Shown: positions 26,820 through 38,200 of the stretch, one piece after another
Layout: every line of letters starts with the position of its first letter
How positions within the stretch are numbered: position 1 is the first letter of the stretch
NCBI GenBank assembly: GCA_051362555.1
Contig: CM120649.1
Coordinates: 14,570,001 to 14,634,000, forward strand
Direction of reading: 5' to 3'
From: Lingula anatina
Taxonomy: Eukaryota; Animalia; Brachiopoda
Length of the DNA: 64,000 nucleotides
Translations under genes and position numbers: made by a program
The notes under the pieces: model-generated
What the model was told of the DNA's origin: nothing
Seen by the model: only the letters and a program-made list of their open reading frames with translations
Database searches by the model: none

Positions 26820-29800
26820 ACACACACTATCCCTAACTGTAACACATCAAAAACTGTAGAAATTCAATGCGGTAATGGCATGCATCTGACAGACAGCTTC
26901 ACTTGTACTGATGAAAGGTGAGTCCCACCTCAAACAGATTTTCTAGTCTCATATGATGTCATGCAGTACCGGCATTTGCAATGATTGCCATGACGATTAT
27001 ATGAACTCTTACCCAGGATCTCCTACCCAGAAGTGCACCTTCAAATAGCCCCCATCAGATTCACTGAGGTACAGGCTGATGACATGGAGGACTTGATCTA
27101 GAAATGACAGGACCAGCCACAGGAAGCCAAGTCGCAGGAACCATCTGCAAACATGATACCATTATGTAGTTTGAAGAAAATTTTATGGCAACACTGCCTT
27201 TTTCCTGTTATTAACTATTTTTAAATCATATTTAACAGTATGTCACCGCTCTGGTCACCTTTAAAGTCATATCAACATTTCAGACGAAAGTAGTGAATTA
27301 AGCTTGACATCCTCCATGCCCAGATTTTTAGTTAGATCCAGCAAATTTCAAGAATGACTTTACATTTTTTTTTTACTTCTGAAATTACAAAAACATGCAG
27401 GATATTAAGTCAAAATGGACGACTTGATATTTCTGTCTTACCTCAGTGTTTTCACCAGCCTGGTTTGTGATAATCCAGTATGCTGCATCTCTGACTGCAG
27501 GAATGCCTGTGGTAAAATAGATGACATATATTTATGAGAAAATATTGATACATACAAATATCATAAATAAACCTAGACATAAATCACTAATCTATACGTT
27601 ATATAAAGCATATGCTCATTAGCTTACTTTTTTGCACATTTCTCTTTTACAAAAAAAAATAAATAAAGAAGTAAATTTGTAAAAATAAAATATAATACTG
27701 GAATGCAGTTGGCTTATAAAATTCATGCAAAATATCATGATTCTATCATAGTTTTCAAGGACCTTATCAATACCTTTTCCATGAGCATTTCAAGTTGTTC
27801 ACTTTTGGCAATCCGTATTATGTACCAGGCATAGAAATATGCAATTTCATGAAGTATATCAGGAATAATAAACTGGCTGATCATGTAATGTCGGCAGTCA
27901 CTGTAATTCCCATGTTTAGTCCCATTTCCAAGGTTTGGCTGGAAATAAAATTATTAAAATAATAATTCAATTAAAATGCACAAAAAAAGCTAAATCTAAA
28001 AAAAATATAGCTACATCCTCACATATTCTTTGATAAAAAAATTACAATGTCATGCCTTTTTTGGAATTCCTGGAAAATTATCAAGTTTACCGACCAAGGC
28101 AGAGATATGTATGTAGTCCATAGGGATGCAGATGTGGATGGCAATATGTCATTTTCCAACAGGTGAGTTAAAGGATCTGAATCCAATCATGTTTGTGACA
28201 TTCTAAAGTATTCTCAAAAGGATGAAAAGCATACCACTCACATTAGGCACCACTAGTGACTCTCTGTCCCGCCTAAGACAATCTATACAAAAACATGCAA
28301 GAAATGAGACTCCATATCTCATAAAAATTAAGAACACCACTTACAACAGGCACCACTGGTGGCCCCCTGTCCCGCCTAAAGCACGCCAGAAATGAGATGA
28401 CATATCCCATAAAAATAAAGAACATCACACAGACAAAGTAGACAATGTTTACGGCATCAACCCATTTAGACCCCTCGTATGTCAAAACAATGGGCCGCCA
28501 GCCAATCTGAAATAATACAGAAAAAAAAAGAAGGAATGTAATAACCAATATGGCATGAAAAAGGAACCCTCAATATTTGTTGTAGAACTACAATTTCAAG
28601 CACAGGGACATGATAAGTATGATCATAATTACTTGATAATTTTAACCCTTAAACTGTTTGTCACTTTGAGCACCTGGGAAAAGTAAAAAATTTACAATGG
28701 ATAGAAATCACAGGTATGGTTTTAGGGCCTGGGTACAGTTAAATACTTACAAGGGATAGCATCCACAGGTATGTTTTGTGCACCTGCATACAGTTAAATA
28801 CTTACAAGGGATAGGATCCACAGGTATGGTTTGAGCACCTGTTGCTTGCACTTGTTTAGAGATACTGTGGTCGGATTGTCTGGAGGAAAGATTCCTCTTT
28901 GTGCATGGACAGCTGGCTGCAATAGAAATAACAGTATATTTATTGATGATAATTACAGTATATTGTTTGATGTATAATAAAAACAAATTGTACAGCTATC
29001 AGTATGCTAAAAGATTCTTACAAACTTAATATGGATAGAGAGAAAGATTCCAAGGTGCCCAAGTGTGGTCAGTCAATGACAACAAATATCTATCAAACAT
29101 TATTCTATATACACAAGTGTCAATAACTTCTTTCCACTTCCATCAATTCAAAGAGAAAAAAAACTCCCTATGAAAACATTTCACATAGAAAGCAAAGGTT
29201 TTCCTAATGGCAGTGTGGTTTCTCCAATCTCACCATGTACTGTTTAATTTTTTCCAAAACTGTCCCTCCATCAGGGTCAGAGTGGTGTCTGTGTTTCCTG
29301 TATTCATATCCACCTCTGAAAGAGTAGAAAACTCACTGGGTTATTTACATGCATATGTCTGCATTTCCATAAGATAAAACTTTACAATAAAATAACATAA
29401 TGCGCAAACTATTCAATATGTATATCATTACGCAGAAACAGTCAATTTGAAACATGCTAAAAGATATCGTAATATTTTCAGGTCCTACTTGAAAGCTTGC
29501 TGCCTAATGCCCCCAGGGAGCTTGCAAGTGGAACACCCAATATTTGATCTGCAGCTTATTTAGTTCATGGATAAACTTGGTTGTGAACAGAGACTTCTAC
29601 TAGTAACTGTGTTATAACCTCTACCAAAGGTGTGAAGGCCCCTCCTAACCCTGTACTAAATGTGATTCCACAGAATTAAGCAAGTCTTAGGGACCATTCC
29701 CACAGATATTTTGATCGATCTAACTCCCTGGGGAATCTCACTTAATTGCTATCAACTTAACCAGCTCAAATGTCTGTCACACCTAGTAAAGCTGTTAGGG

Positions 29801-30721
29801 GGTAATTATCTTTACCCCCTAGCTGATTCGGTAGGCGTGACAGGCATTTAAGCCGGTTAGTTGATAGCAATTTAGAGAGACTCTAAAAGGAGTTAGACCG
29901 ATCCAGATGGATCGATCTAGGCATGGGAAACCAGTCTTAGACAAGGACCCAACTACCCCTGACTTATACTTGAAAATATGAGAACTTACCTGTAGGTGCT
30001 GTTTACTACTCGGACAGGTGGTGGGGTCTGTGAGGCAGCTCCATAGTCTACTAATTCTTTTTCCTCATCCACTGAGACAAGCTGAAATGGAAACAAGGAT
30101 ATTTAATAACAGTAACTTTTGCATTTAAAACCTTTCCAATCATTCTTCAATTCACCTATTTTTCTGAAGATTTTTTTTTTCACTTTGGCAAATTTGGTCG
30201 TTTTGGCGTCTTTCACAGCAGGATCAACCGTTTACTATCCAATCAAGGTGACAGCCGAGCGTGAGCAGGATGATCACAGGATGATGTCAGGACGCGCACC
30301 AGTCAATAGTGTATGCGCAGTACCACAAACCATTCGATTTTTTATAAAAACGAAAAGCGAAACTACTGCATGGTACCTGTACTGAGTAGGTGTGAGTTCC
30401 AACAATTCATTTCTCTATATCTGTGGCTAAATACATATCTAAAAATATCAGAGAAGTCCGACTTTTTATCTGCGTTTTCTGTTGCTCAATTTTGTGCTAG
30501 ATGTAGCTTTCAACCTCAACACAACGGTGCTTATAAAAGGCCGTACTAACGGGGTGAACGAGTATGGAATATTTGAGCTTATCTTTTTATTAGCCGCTTC
30601 AAATTCAGTCTAAGGCAGCTTTAATATGAATGCATTCATTAAATTGATCAAGGCATGCTTCACTCCATGCTCGATTAAACATACAACTTACTGGTTCCGA
30701 TTCCCCGGAAGAAGAGGCCAT
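23908..30721 (-). CDS. Gustatory-receptor-like / 7TM ion channel (GRL, GrlHz-type) paralog B; 13 coding exons, ~493 aa
   Basis: Exons in transcription order: 30692-30721, 29990-30081, 29234-29315, 28806-28916, 28345-28506, 27774-27938, 27442-27506, 27013-27144, 25931-26111, 25365-25464, 24926-25035, 24302-24439, 23908-24021. All have canonical GT/AG, all phases are compatible, total 1482 nt with no internal stop. Motifs: KPYLWILSL-IGWRP, ACFRRDRG, IIPDILH..AY, EQLEMLMEK-AFLQS, INYSVQC, RPFVY...ELDSFLMF, AKMFGIP, LLLLFQ. About seven hydrophobic segments and no signal peptide. The gene model is solid; the family name is from motif recognition. Confidence 0.85.
24510..25875 (+). repeat. Diverged ~210-bp direct repeat in two GRL introns (24510-24725 and 25672-25875)
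   Basis: Shared aaattgt.aatttta.ag, tttttaagtcataattt, tttctattgagt.gca.caa, aaagcaggctactcta.agtt.tattcta, atgtacctg and tttggcccatt.aaaaga. Confidence 0.7.
26395..26608. mobile_element. Older MITE related to 29688-29940
   Basis: Shares tagatcgacc/gatcgacctaactccctgggg and tagatcgatcta...tgggaa terminal motifs. Confidence 0.55.
28690..28841. repeat. ~55-bp tandem repeat spanning a GRL exon/donor junction (3 copies)
   Basis: ttacaagggatag.atccacaggtatg.tttg.gcacctg at ~28802, ~28747 and ~28692. Confidence 0.75.
29688..29940. mobile_element. Fully palindromic MITE in a GRL intron
   Basis: gatcgatctaactcc...aattgctatcaact...tgtcacaccta...tagggggtaa is mirrored by ttaccccctag...taggcgtgaca...gttgatagcaatt...ggagttagaccgatc. 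Confidence 0.75.
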
Positions 30722-31713
30722 GCTAACGCCTGCAAAATCAAGAACACTTCACGTTGATTCTCATGTTGTTATTTCTTCCTCGTGACCCAATTATTTTGGT
30801 GACCTAGATTTACGACATCAAAGAAAATAATTTCAATATACCACACAAGTAAATGGTTGAAAAAGTAAAAATACTGATCTAATGTGCTTTAAATTGTATT
30901 TTTTATTGTTTAGTAATTGATTTGTTTGCCTGTTATCACAAATAAAGAAAAAGAACAGTGATTACGCCTTACCGTCAGGGGGTACGGGGTATGTACCATG
31001 TTGCTCACAATGGCTTGGTCAGTTAACAATTTATTTGTTATAATAGGATTGGTTTCATTAGGACATGCTGCTTATTCTGCAACACAGCGTAAGTATGATA
31101 TTTCCGAAAAATTAATCTGTATTAAGAAGAGATTTTCAACCCCTTAAATGGAGTTTACCGTTCATATTTTTGTGTAAACTATTTGGCAGATGTCCGACTC
31201 TTTCACGTTTCCCAGTTTAAAAACGCACGAACTAATCAAATGTATAGTCTCACTGTCAAAGAAAGTTCCTATTAAATTTTGAGCACAAATCCAGATACAA
31301 TAGCCAAAATACCCAATTCCATGTTATCTCGATACTCTGTCCCATGCAAAGCGTAAAATTATTTTAGCGGATTAAAGTCTTAATTAAAGACGGATTTTAG
31401 AATTCATGTTGTCATCACCATTTTAAAAATTTCAGATAGAACATATTTAAGGTTAACAGAACAAGAATTTACCTGGCTTCCTGCTGATGTAAGTGTTGCA
31501 AATGTGAGAAAATGCTGTTTTCTGAATCATTTCCTTGTCAAGTATATCAGTAATTATTTATTTTAAAAGTTATTCCTATTAAATGTAGTTGAAATAAATA
31601 AAGTTTACAAATGGAAAAATTTGAGTATGGGTCTGTTGGCAAGATTAAATGAAATTAACTTTTTCTAGTGAACTGGTGTCCTTAATTATTTTAGATTACT
31701 CTCTGCTTTCCAG

Positions 31714-31715
<2 letters not shown>

Positions 31716-31751
<36 letters not shown>
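31716..31751. repeat. (TA)n microsatellite
   Basis: Direct reading. Confidence 0.95.
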
Positions 31752-31754
<3 letters not shown>

Positions 31755-33398
31755 ACACGTGCTATTTCAGATACTTGCCCAGTGTGTGCTAAGTCTATTA
31801 CTCACATGTTATGGAATTGTCCAAGTCTCTGGAGAGTTTAAGGATATCAGAGCTGCAGGAGAACTAGAGAACAAGTAAGAATTCTTCTGTGTTTAATATT
31901 CCCTGTGATATGCTGGGAAAATGTCTCTAAATGCAAATAGTATAGGCTCTTTGACAATCACCCCAACCCCCCACCCCATTGTGGAAAATTATGATGAAGT
32001 TCGTTAATACATATTGCAGTTTGGTATCAATAAAAGATTTAAACATTTTGCCAAATTTATCTAAGCTTTGGTCCAAAGTCTTAATTGGGTAATTGTCTGT
32101 TTCATTAAGTGGAAATAAATCCTTTTTATCTGCTAATTGGGCTTTTTTTTCCACATATCTGACAATTCACTGATGAAAAGACCTCAAGTTCTCAGGACAA
32201 ACAAATAAGCTGCATTTGGGAAAACTTAAAAACTGATGGAATCAAATACTTTGGTTTCTTGGGATGTATTAATGTGCTTTTGCTTAGTATCTGTATATTT
32301 ACCACCTTTACTGTCTAGTTATGTATTTTTGCTTCATTTCAGAACATGGGAGACACTCAGCAACAGACCATCATTTTACACCTTCAATCATAGAGGAAAA
32401 GCTCTGTATGCAGATATGGAAGATCACATGCAGGAAGATGTTTCTTGATCCTGTGTTCAGGAGGCCACTGAGCATTTTTTTTATAAAACCCAAAATTCTT
32501 GTTTACAACCCAAAATCACATATTAACTATAAAACTTAGCAGCAAAATATGTCTACAACCTATTTATGTTGGGGATAACTTATATTTATTGTTGAAAAAG
32601 ATGGCAGAAAATGTCAGTATGTCTGAATGTCAAGGTGGTGGAAATGCTTAAAGGAATTCATATTGACAGTTTTGATGGAAGAGTTACTTGTACCCAGAAA
32701 TGACAATTCTGGTGATTTGGAGAGGGTGGGGGATGCCATGAGTACTTTCATCTTTTTATATTTATATATAAATCTTTATTCACTGTACCAGCCTTTTCCT
32801 TCTGTCAGTTTCTTGGTATTTTTTAAAATCCAAATGATGTTTATTTATTTATTTATTTATTTATTTTAATGCGGGTATTTGTCCTTTTTTCTAGTGTGGA
32901 CCCTTTGAAAGTGATCAGTGCAATTAAACCAATAAAAATCACCTTTCTGTTTTGTACGTAATTAAAAATGCATGAATATAATAAATATATAATATTACAG
33001 TTACATGTAGTTTTGCATTATTGAAACAATCTAAATGTATCATATTAAAGGGTAGTCCAGCAGTGAAATACTTTTCTTATACCTGCAGATGGGCAATCCA
33101 GTATTCTCTATTTCTATTTACTTAATGTTCTAGATCATCCAGCAGTCCATGTTCTTAGTGTAAATTTTTTAAATGACCCTTTATTCAATGTAGCTGACTG
33201 TTAAATATGAAGGAAAATGTTAAGTGCAGCCTTATTTCATTTGAAAGCTGGAGTGAAAGACACTTTTCATTTTGGTGCTTGCATGGACCCATAACAAGCC
33301 GCAAGATGTGGGAGTCAACAAGAATCCTACGTTTTAGGTAACATTAATAATTTTATTTAGAAAACCAGTCTGTTAGGCCCTCCTTATTTGGATGCAAT

Positions 33399-34160
33399 TT
33401 AATTGTTACTCATGCAGTTAGTTTGTGCAAGTTGAAGTTCAAAAAGATCACTTCGTAAATAAACAAATGGAAGCATAAATCCAAAATGCCTTTCGCTTAT
33501 TTTCTTAAAGCCATAATTCTTATACAGTGCTCTGGCTTCAAATCTCGTTTCATCCGAACTGAGAGCTACAGTTGAATATCCATATTCTCTACAGTAGTTT
33601 ATGGCAGTCTCCAACAGACGGCGCCCAAAGCCGCGGCCACGACAAGCCGAATCCACGAACATATGATTCACCTCTCCGCAACTTGGCGACTTCTTCAGAA
33701 CAGCACCGGTGCCTATGATTTTCCCTTTCTGCTCGATGATCCAGAAGGAATTACCCTCTTTAGTGCCATAATATAAATAAGGATCGTTCATATCCGGATA
33801 CCTGTTGTTTTTCTGTCGAATAACCCACAGGGATCCGACCAAGAAATGGACCGATAGAACCGTCGTCGCTATCACTATGGCGGTCGCAAAGCTAGCAGCC
33901 CTGAATCCAAAATGCAGTATCGCTGCAATCAGGAGAATATAACAAAGCGTCGCCTTACTGGTGATAAAGTAAATATACAACCGTCTTGAGAGAACATGTT
34001 TCGTGATCAAAGCAGTTTTAATTATCTTGCTAACATGACTGCTTTCGGTCTCTCTTATTTCACGGATCGTGAAGTCCTGTGGGTTTGAGTCGACAGCGTC
34101 ATTCCGGAAAGGCTCTCGCCTATGTAAAGTCCCTTTGTCAGAATTTATATTGCTTGACAT
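33399..34160 (-). CDS. GNAT N-acetyltransferase, NAT8/camello-like, intronless
   Basis: ORF 33399-34169, first ATG at 34160. FTIREI start, internal hydrophobic hairpin (ATLCYILLIAAILHF...VLSVHFLVGSLW), DM...Y...FWI.E..G.IIG, acetyl-CoA motif A VDSACRGRGFGRRLL, and ARALYKNYGFK. Confidence 0.88.
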   Translation of the reverse strand: MSSNINSDKGTLHRREPFRNDAVDSNPQDFTIREIRETESSHVSKIIKTALITKHVLSRRLYIYFITSKATLCYILLIAAILHFGFRAASFATAIVIATTVLSVHFLVGSLWVIRQKNNRYPDMNDPYLYYGTKEGNSFWIIEQKGKIIGTGAVLKKSPSCGEVNHMFVDSACRGRGFGRRLLETAINYCREYGYSTVALSSDETRFEARALYKNYGFKKISERHFGFMLPFVYLRSDLFELQLAQTNCMSNN

Positions 34161-34422
34161 GTTGTGCACAGCGAACCCTGCAACGTCAACTCACGATTAT
34201 TTGGGCCCCTGCTCGACGAAAAAAGCCCACACCGTTAGAATCACCTGTATAGTATCTCACGGTGCAACTAGGTCAGTGCGGAGAGCTCTTCAAATATGAA
34301 GGACAAAAAATAACGCGGCGCGAAATTTTGGGCTTGCGGATATTGTGTTTGCCAAAAACACCTTATTTACTGCCTTATATACATTCTTTTGGATAACAGA
34401 TAAGTCTTCAATGTTCAGTGAC

Positions 34423-34631
34423 TGAAACAACTCCAAGGAAGGACTCGACTGCAACAACTAACTTTATTTCTAAGTGTGCAGATATAAATACATTGTGTGT
34501 CTACTGATCAGAGGGATCACTGTCAAGTGTGTTTATACTACGTACATTAGTGAGAGTGCTATTTAATGATAATTGATGACAGAGGGTTGGGGTTACTATA
34601 AGCTTGACCGATAGTGTTAAGAACCATAACA
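34423..34631 (-). repeat. 3' LTR (209 bp, TG...CA)
   Basis: On the - strand it reads TGTTATGG...TTGTTTCA, preceded by the polypurine tract AAAGGAAGAAGGGGA (34632-34646). It contains TATAAA, an ATCAGT initiator-like motif and AATAAA in the expected order. Confidence 0.92.
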
Positions 34632-34848
34632 TCCCCTTCTTCCTTTAGAAAAGATAATCGGTGCTAAATCAAGGGTTGATAGTGGCAACACAGAATAAAT
34701 GTCTTTTTAATTCCTTGAGTAACATCTTGTGCAAGAGAAGTCTCACATGTGAAGCATGTAGTTTAAGTGAGTAAAATAAAGTAAATACAGTGATAAATAA
34801 AATCCTAGCTAGTAGAGCTATATGACATTGTTCATGCATATGTACAAG

Positions 34849-35270
34849 TTACAAGTTCAGTCTATCAGGTGCTTTTGTTATTCTAGTAGATCGTCGTGGA
34901 GATGGCACTGGTGATTGGGGTACAGTGTTATCCACAGTGTTTGGCACTTGTTTGTTCTGAGCTGCTTCTGAATTCTCAAAGCGGGGCTCCTGATCATTGC
35001 TTGGTGAATGATTTTGCAAATGGGTGTTTTCAAAGTCAGACTGATTGAATTTCTCTCCTGTTGGACGTATGTGTATACGGTTGCGTACATACTGACCACC
35101 ATTGTTAGTTTTTACAACATAGCTCCTGTTTGGTCTCGTAGAATCTACAATTGCTGGTTCCCATTTGTGACTCTGGGGATGTCGTACTCTCACATGCTGA
35201 CCAGGAAGTAGGTCAGATAGATTTCTGGCTGACTGATCATATCTGCTCTTTTCTTTATCCTTTTTTTCTT
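34849..35270 (-). CDS. Integrase C-terminal domain, frameshifted continuation of gag-pol
   Basis: YDQSARNLSDLLPGQHVRVR...WEPAIV...RSYVV...YVRNRIHIR is a typical Gypsy integrase C-terminus. Deleting one A from the A-run near 35261-35267 (- strand) gives MQRKKDKEKSRYD in frame. Confidence 0.8.
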
Positions 35271-38200
35271 TGCATGTATGCATTTATTTCACCGTCATAA
35301 GAGGCATGTGACAGGTGGGGTTGGATGGCAGGAAGATTGGTATCATAAGCACGAGAATTTAAGAGTTCTGCTGGCGATGGTATGTTGTGATCTAATGGTG
35401 TGCATCTAAGGCACAACATGGCCATATGAGGATCGGTTTTAGCTTCCTTGCATTTAATCAGCAGATTTTTAACAGTTTGAACAGCTCGTTCAATAAATCC
35501 ATTGGCCTGTGAATAGTGGGGGCTTGTTTGGACGTGCTCGAAGCCATAATCGTGGCGAAATTTCTGGAATTCAGCTGAAGTAAACTGAGTGTCATTTCCA
35601 GTGATAAGCTTTCTCGGGATTCCGAATTCTTCAAAGATTGATTTCATGTGAGCAATGGTAGTGTTGGACTGCAAATTGTTCAGCTTTCTGACTACTGGAA
35701 ATTTGCTGTAATAGTCAGATATGAGCAAGTAACTGTCATTGTCAATGAAAAATAAGTCTGCTCCCAGTGTGTGCCATGGTTTTTGTGGTACGTCGTGTGG
35801 CATTAGCGGTTGTTTGACGTTTGCCTTCTGGTTGTGTTGGCATGGTGCGCATGCTTTAACCATGTTTTCGATGTCTCGATTAATGTTGACCCAAAATACA
35901 GATCCTTTGGCACGAAGTTTGCACTTTTCAGCTCCTTGATGAGCATAGTGTAACTGTTCTAACACTGCTGCTTGAAGCGTTGTTGGGATCAGGATTCTAG
36001 TTCCTTTTAGAATTAGGCCATCAAATACTGACAATTCATCACGGTAATTCCAATAGTCGTGGAGGTGCGATGGACACTCTGACCTAGTGTTTGGCCATCC
36101 ATTTGTGATGAAGTTTCGAAGAGAGTGAAGTGTCTCGTCCTTGGACGTTTCTTCTCGGATCTGCTTTAGTCTGGTGGGGCTTGCATTCAGCTGCATGTCG
36201 ATCTCATGCACTGTGACATCTACACCTTGAATGGTGTCACCTTCGCATTTTGACAATCTGGAAAGAGCATCAGCGATTGGAATGTTCTTTCCTGGCACAT
36301 ATTTGATTGTTACATCATATTTCTGAATGCGCAACATCATCCTTGCGATTCTGGGAGGTGCATTGTTCACATGTTTCTGGAATATGGATGCGAGAGGCTT
36401 ATGATCACTTTCAACAGTGACTTTACGGCCATAAGCGTAGTAATGGAACTTCTCTAATCCATGTACAACTGCAAGCATTTCACGCTCTATGTTTGAATAC
36501 CGCGTCTCGGTTTCTGTTAGTAATTTGCTCCTGTATTCGACAGGGCGATTGTTCTGCATCAAAGTGGCGCCGAGGCCGCGCTGCGACGCATCAACCTGAA
36601 TCGTTACAGGTTTGCTACTGTCAAAATATTGCAATGTTTCTGGTGAGGTGATGACAGATTTGATTTTCTCTACTGCAGCCTGATGCTCTGGGCTCCAAAC
36701 GAACTCATTCTTGCTCTTAGTTAAGTCCCACAGTACTGCTGAAATGGAAGCCAGGTTGGGTATGAACCTGCTGAGGTACTGGGTGAGGCCAAGAAACGTT
36801 TGAAGATCGGCGAGGTTGCTGGACGGATCCATGCTGTGGATGGATTCCACTTTCTTCGGATCAGGTTGTAGACCCTCCGAACTGAGTATGTTTCCAAAGA
36901 ATGGAATTTCGCTGCATCTGATGTGCATTTTATCTGGATTGAAGCGGATGCCTATTTTTCTGGCACGATCCATGAGGAGATGCAAATTCCTGTCGTGCTC
37001 CTCTTTGGTTTTCCCATCGACAACGATGTCGTCAATGATTCCTGTAATTCCGTCTAGGTCTCCGAAGGCTTCATCTACCTTTTTCTGGAAAACGTCTTGG
37101 GCGCATACAAGGCCAAATGGAAGTCGTAGGAAACGGTATCGACCGTGAGGTGAATTGAAAGTGGTGTACAGTGAACTCTCATGGTCAAGTTTAATGTTCC
37201 AGTAACCACTACGAGCATCCAGAATTGAAAAATAGAGGGCTCCACTAAGCCTTGGTAAAATTTCGTCAAAGCTTGGGATTCGATGATGTGGCCTTTTTAT
37301 CGCGGCATTTAGATCTTTTGGGTCTAAGCACAGGCGTATGCTGCCATCAGCCTTTGTGACACAGACTAACGAATTGACCCAGTCTGTTGGCTCCTCTACT
37401 TTAGCGATGATGCCTTTCTTTTCAAGAGACTCGAGCTCCGTTTTGAGAGGCTCACGTAACGCTTCTGGTACGCGGCGTGGTGGATGCACCACTGGTGGCA
37501 CCGAGGGATCAAGGGTAATGTGATATTCCCCTTTAAAACAGCCAATGCCTTGGAAACAGTCGGGGTACTGTTCCAGAAGTGCATTGTTAGCATTGGAGTG
37601 CTGTCTGTCCTCCAGATCAACAGCATAGTTAAGTGTAACTAAGCCTAGTTTCTGGCAGGTGTCTATGCCTAGGATAGTAGGCCCATTGGTTTCGACAACG
37701 TGAAATTGATGCTCAGTATTTGAACCTCCATACGTCAGTGTCAAGGTGCATGATCCATAATGAGGTATGCGTTGACCACCAAAGGCTACAATTTTGACGC
37801 CAGACGGTTTCAAATTGGTATTATTAGGGCATAATTTGGCATAGTCTTTCTTCGTGATTAGGTTTCCATCGGCTCCAGTATCAACTTTGCACGGAAAAGT
37901 GATACTATTTTGCTCAGAGCTGATTTTCAGGTTAATGAAAGCACGCTTGCTTTCAATACTGCCCACGTATATTGGGCTAAAATATAGCTCGTTGCTCTCT
38001 TGTGGCTCACAGTCGTCTTCGCTGCAGGCATGCACTCTATGCATTTGCTGCTTGGGAGTGACGGCATGTCTGTGTGGCCTGTTTCCACGATGAATTGTGG
38101 ACTGCTTGTGCTCGGAGCGGCAGCACTTTCTCCAGTGGTTAAGTTTCCCACAGCCAAAGCATGTGGACCCGTATGCTGGGCACAGCTCTCTTTTACTATG

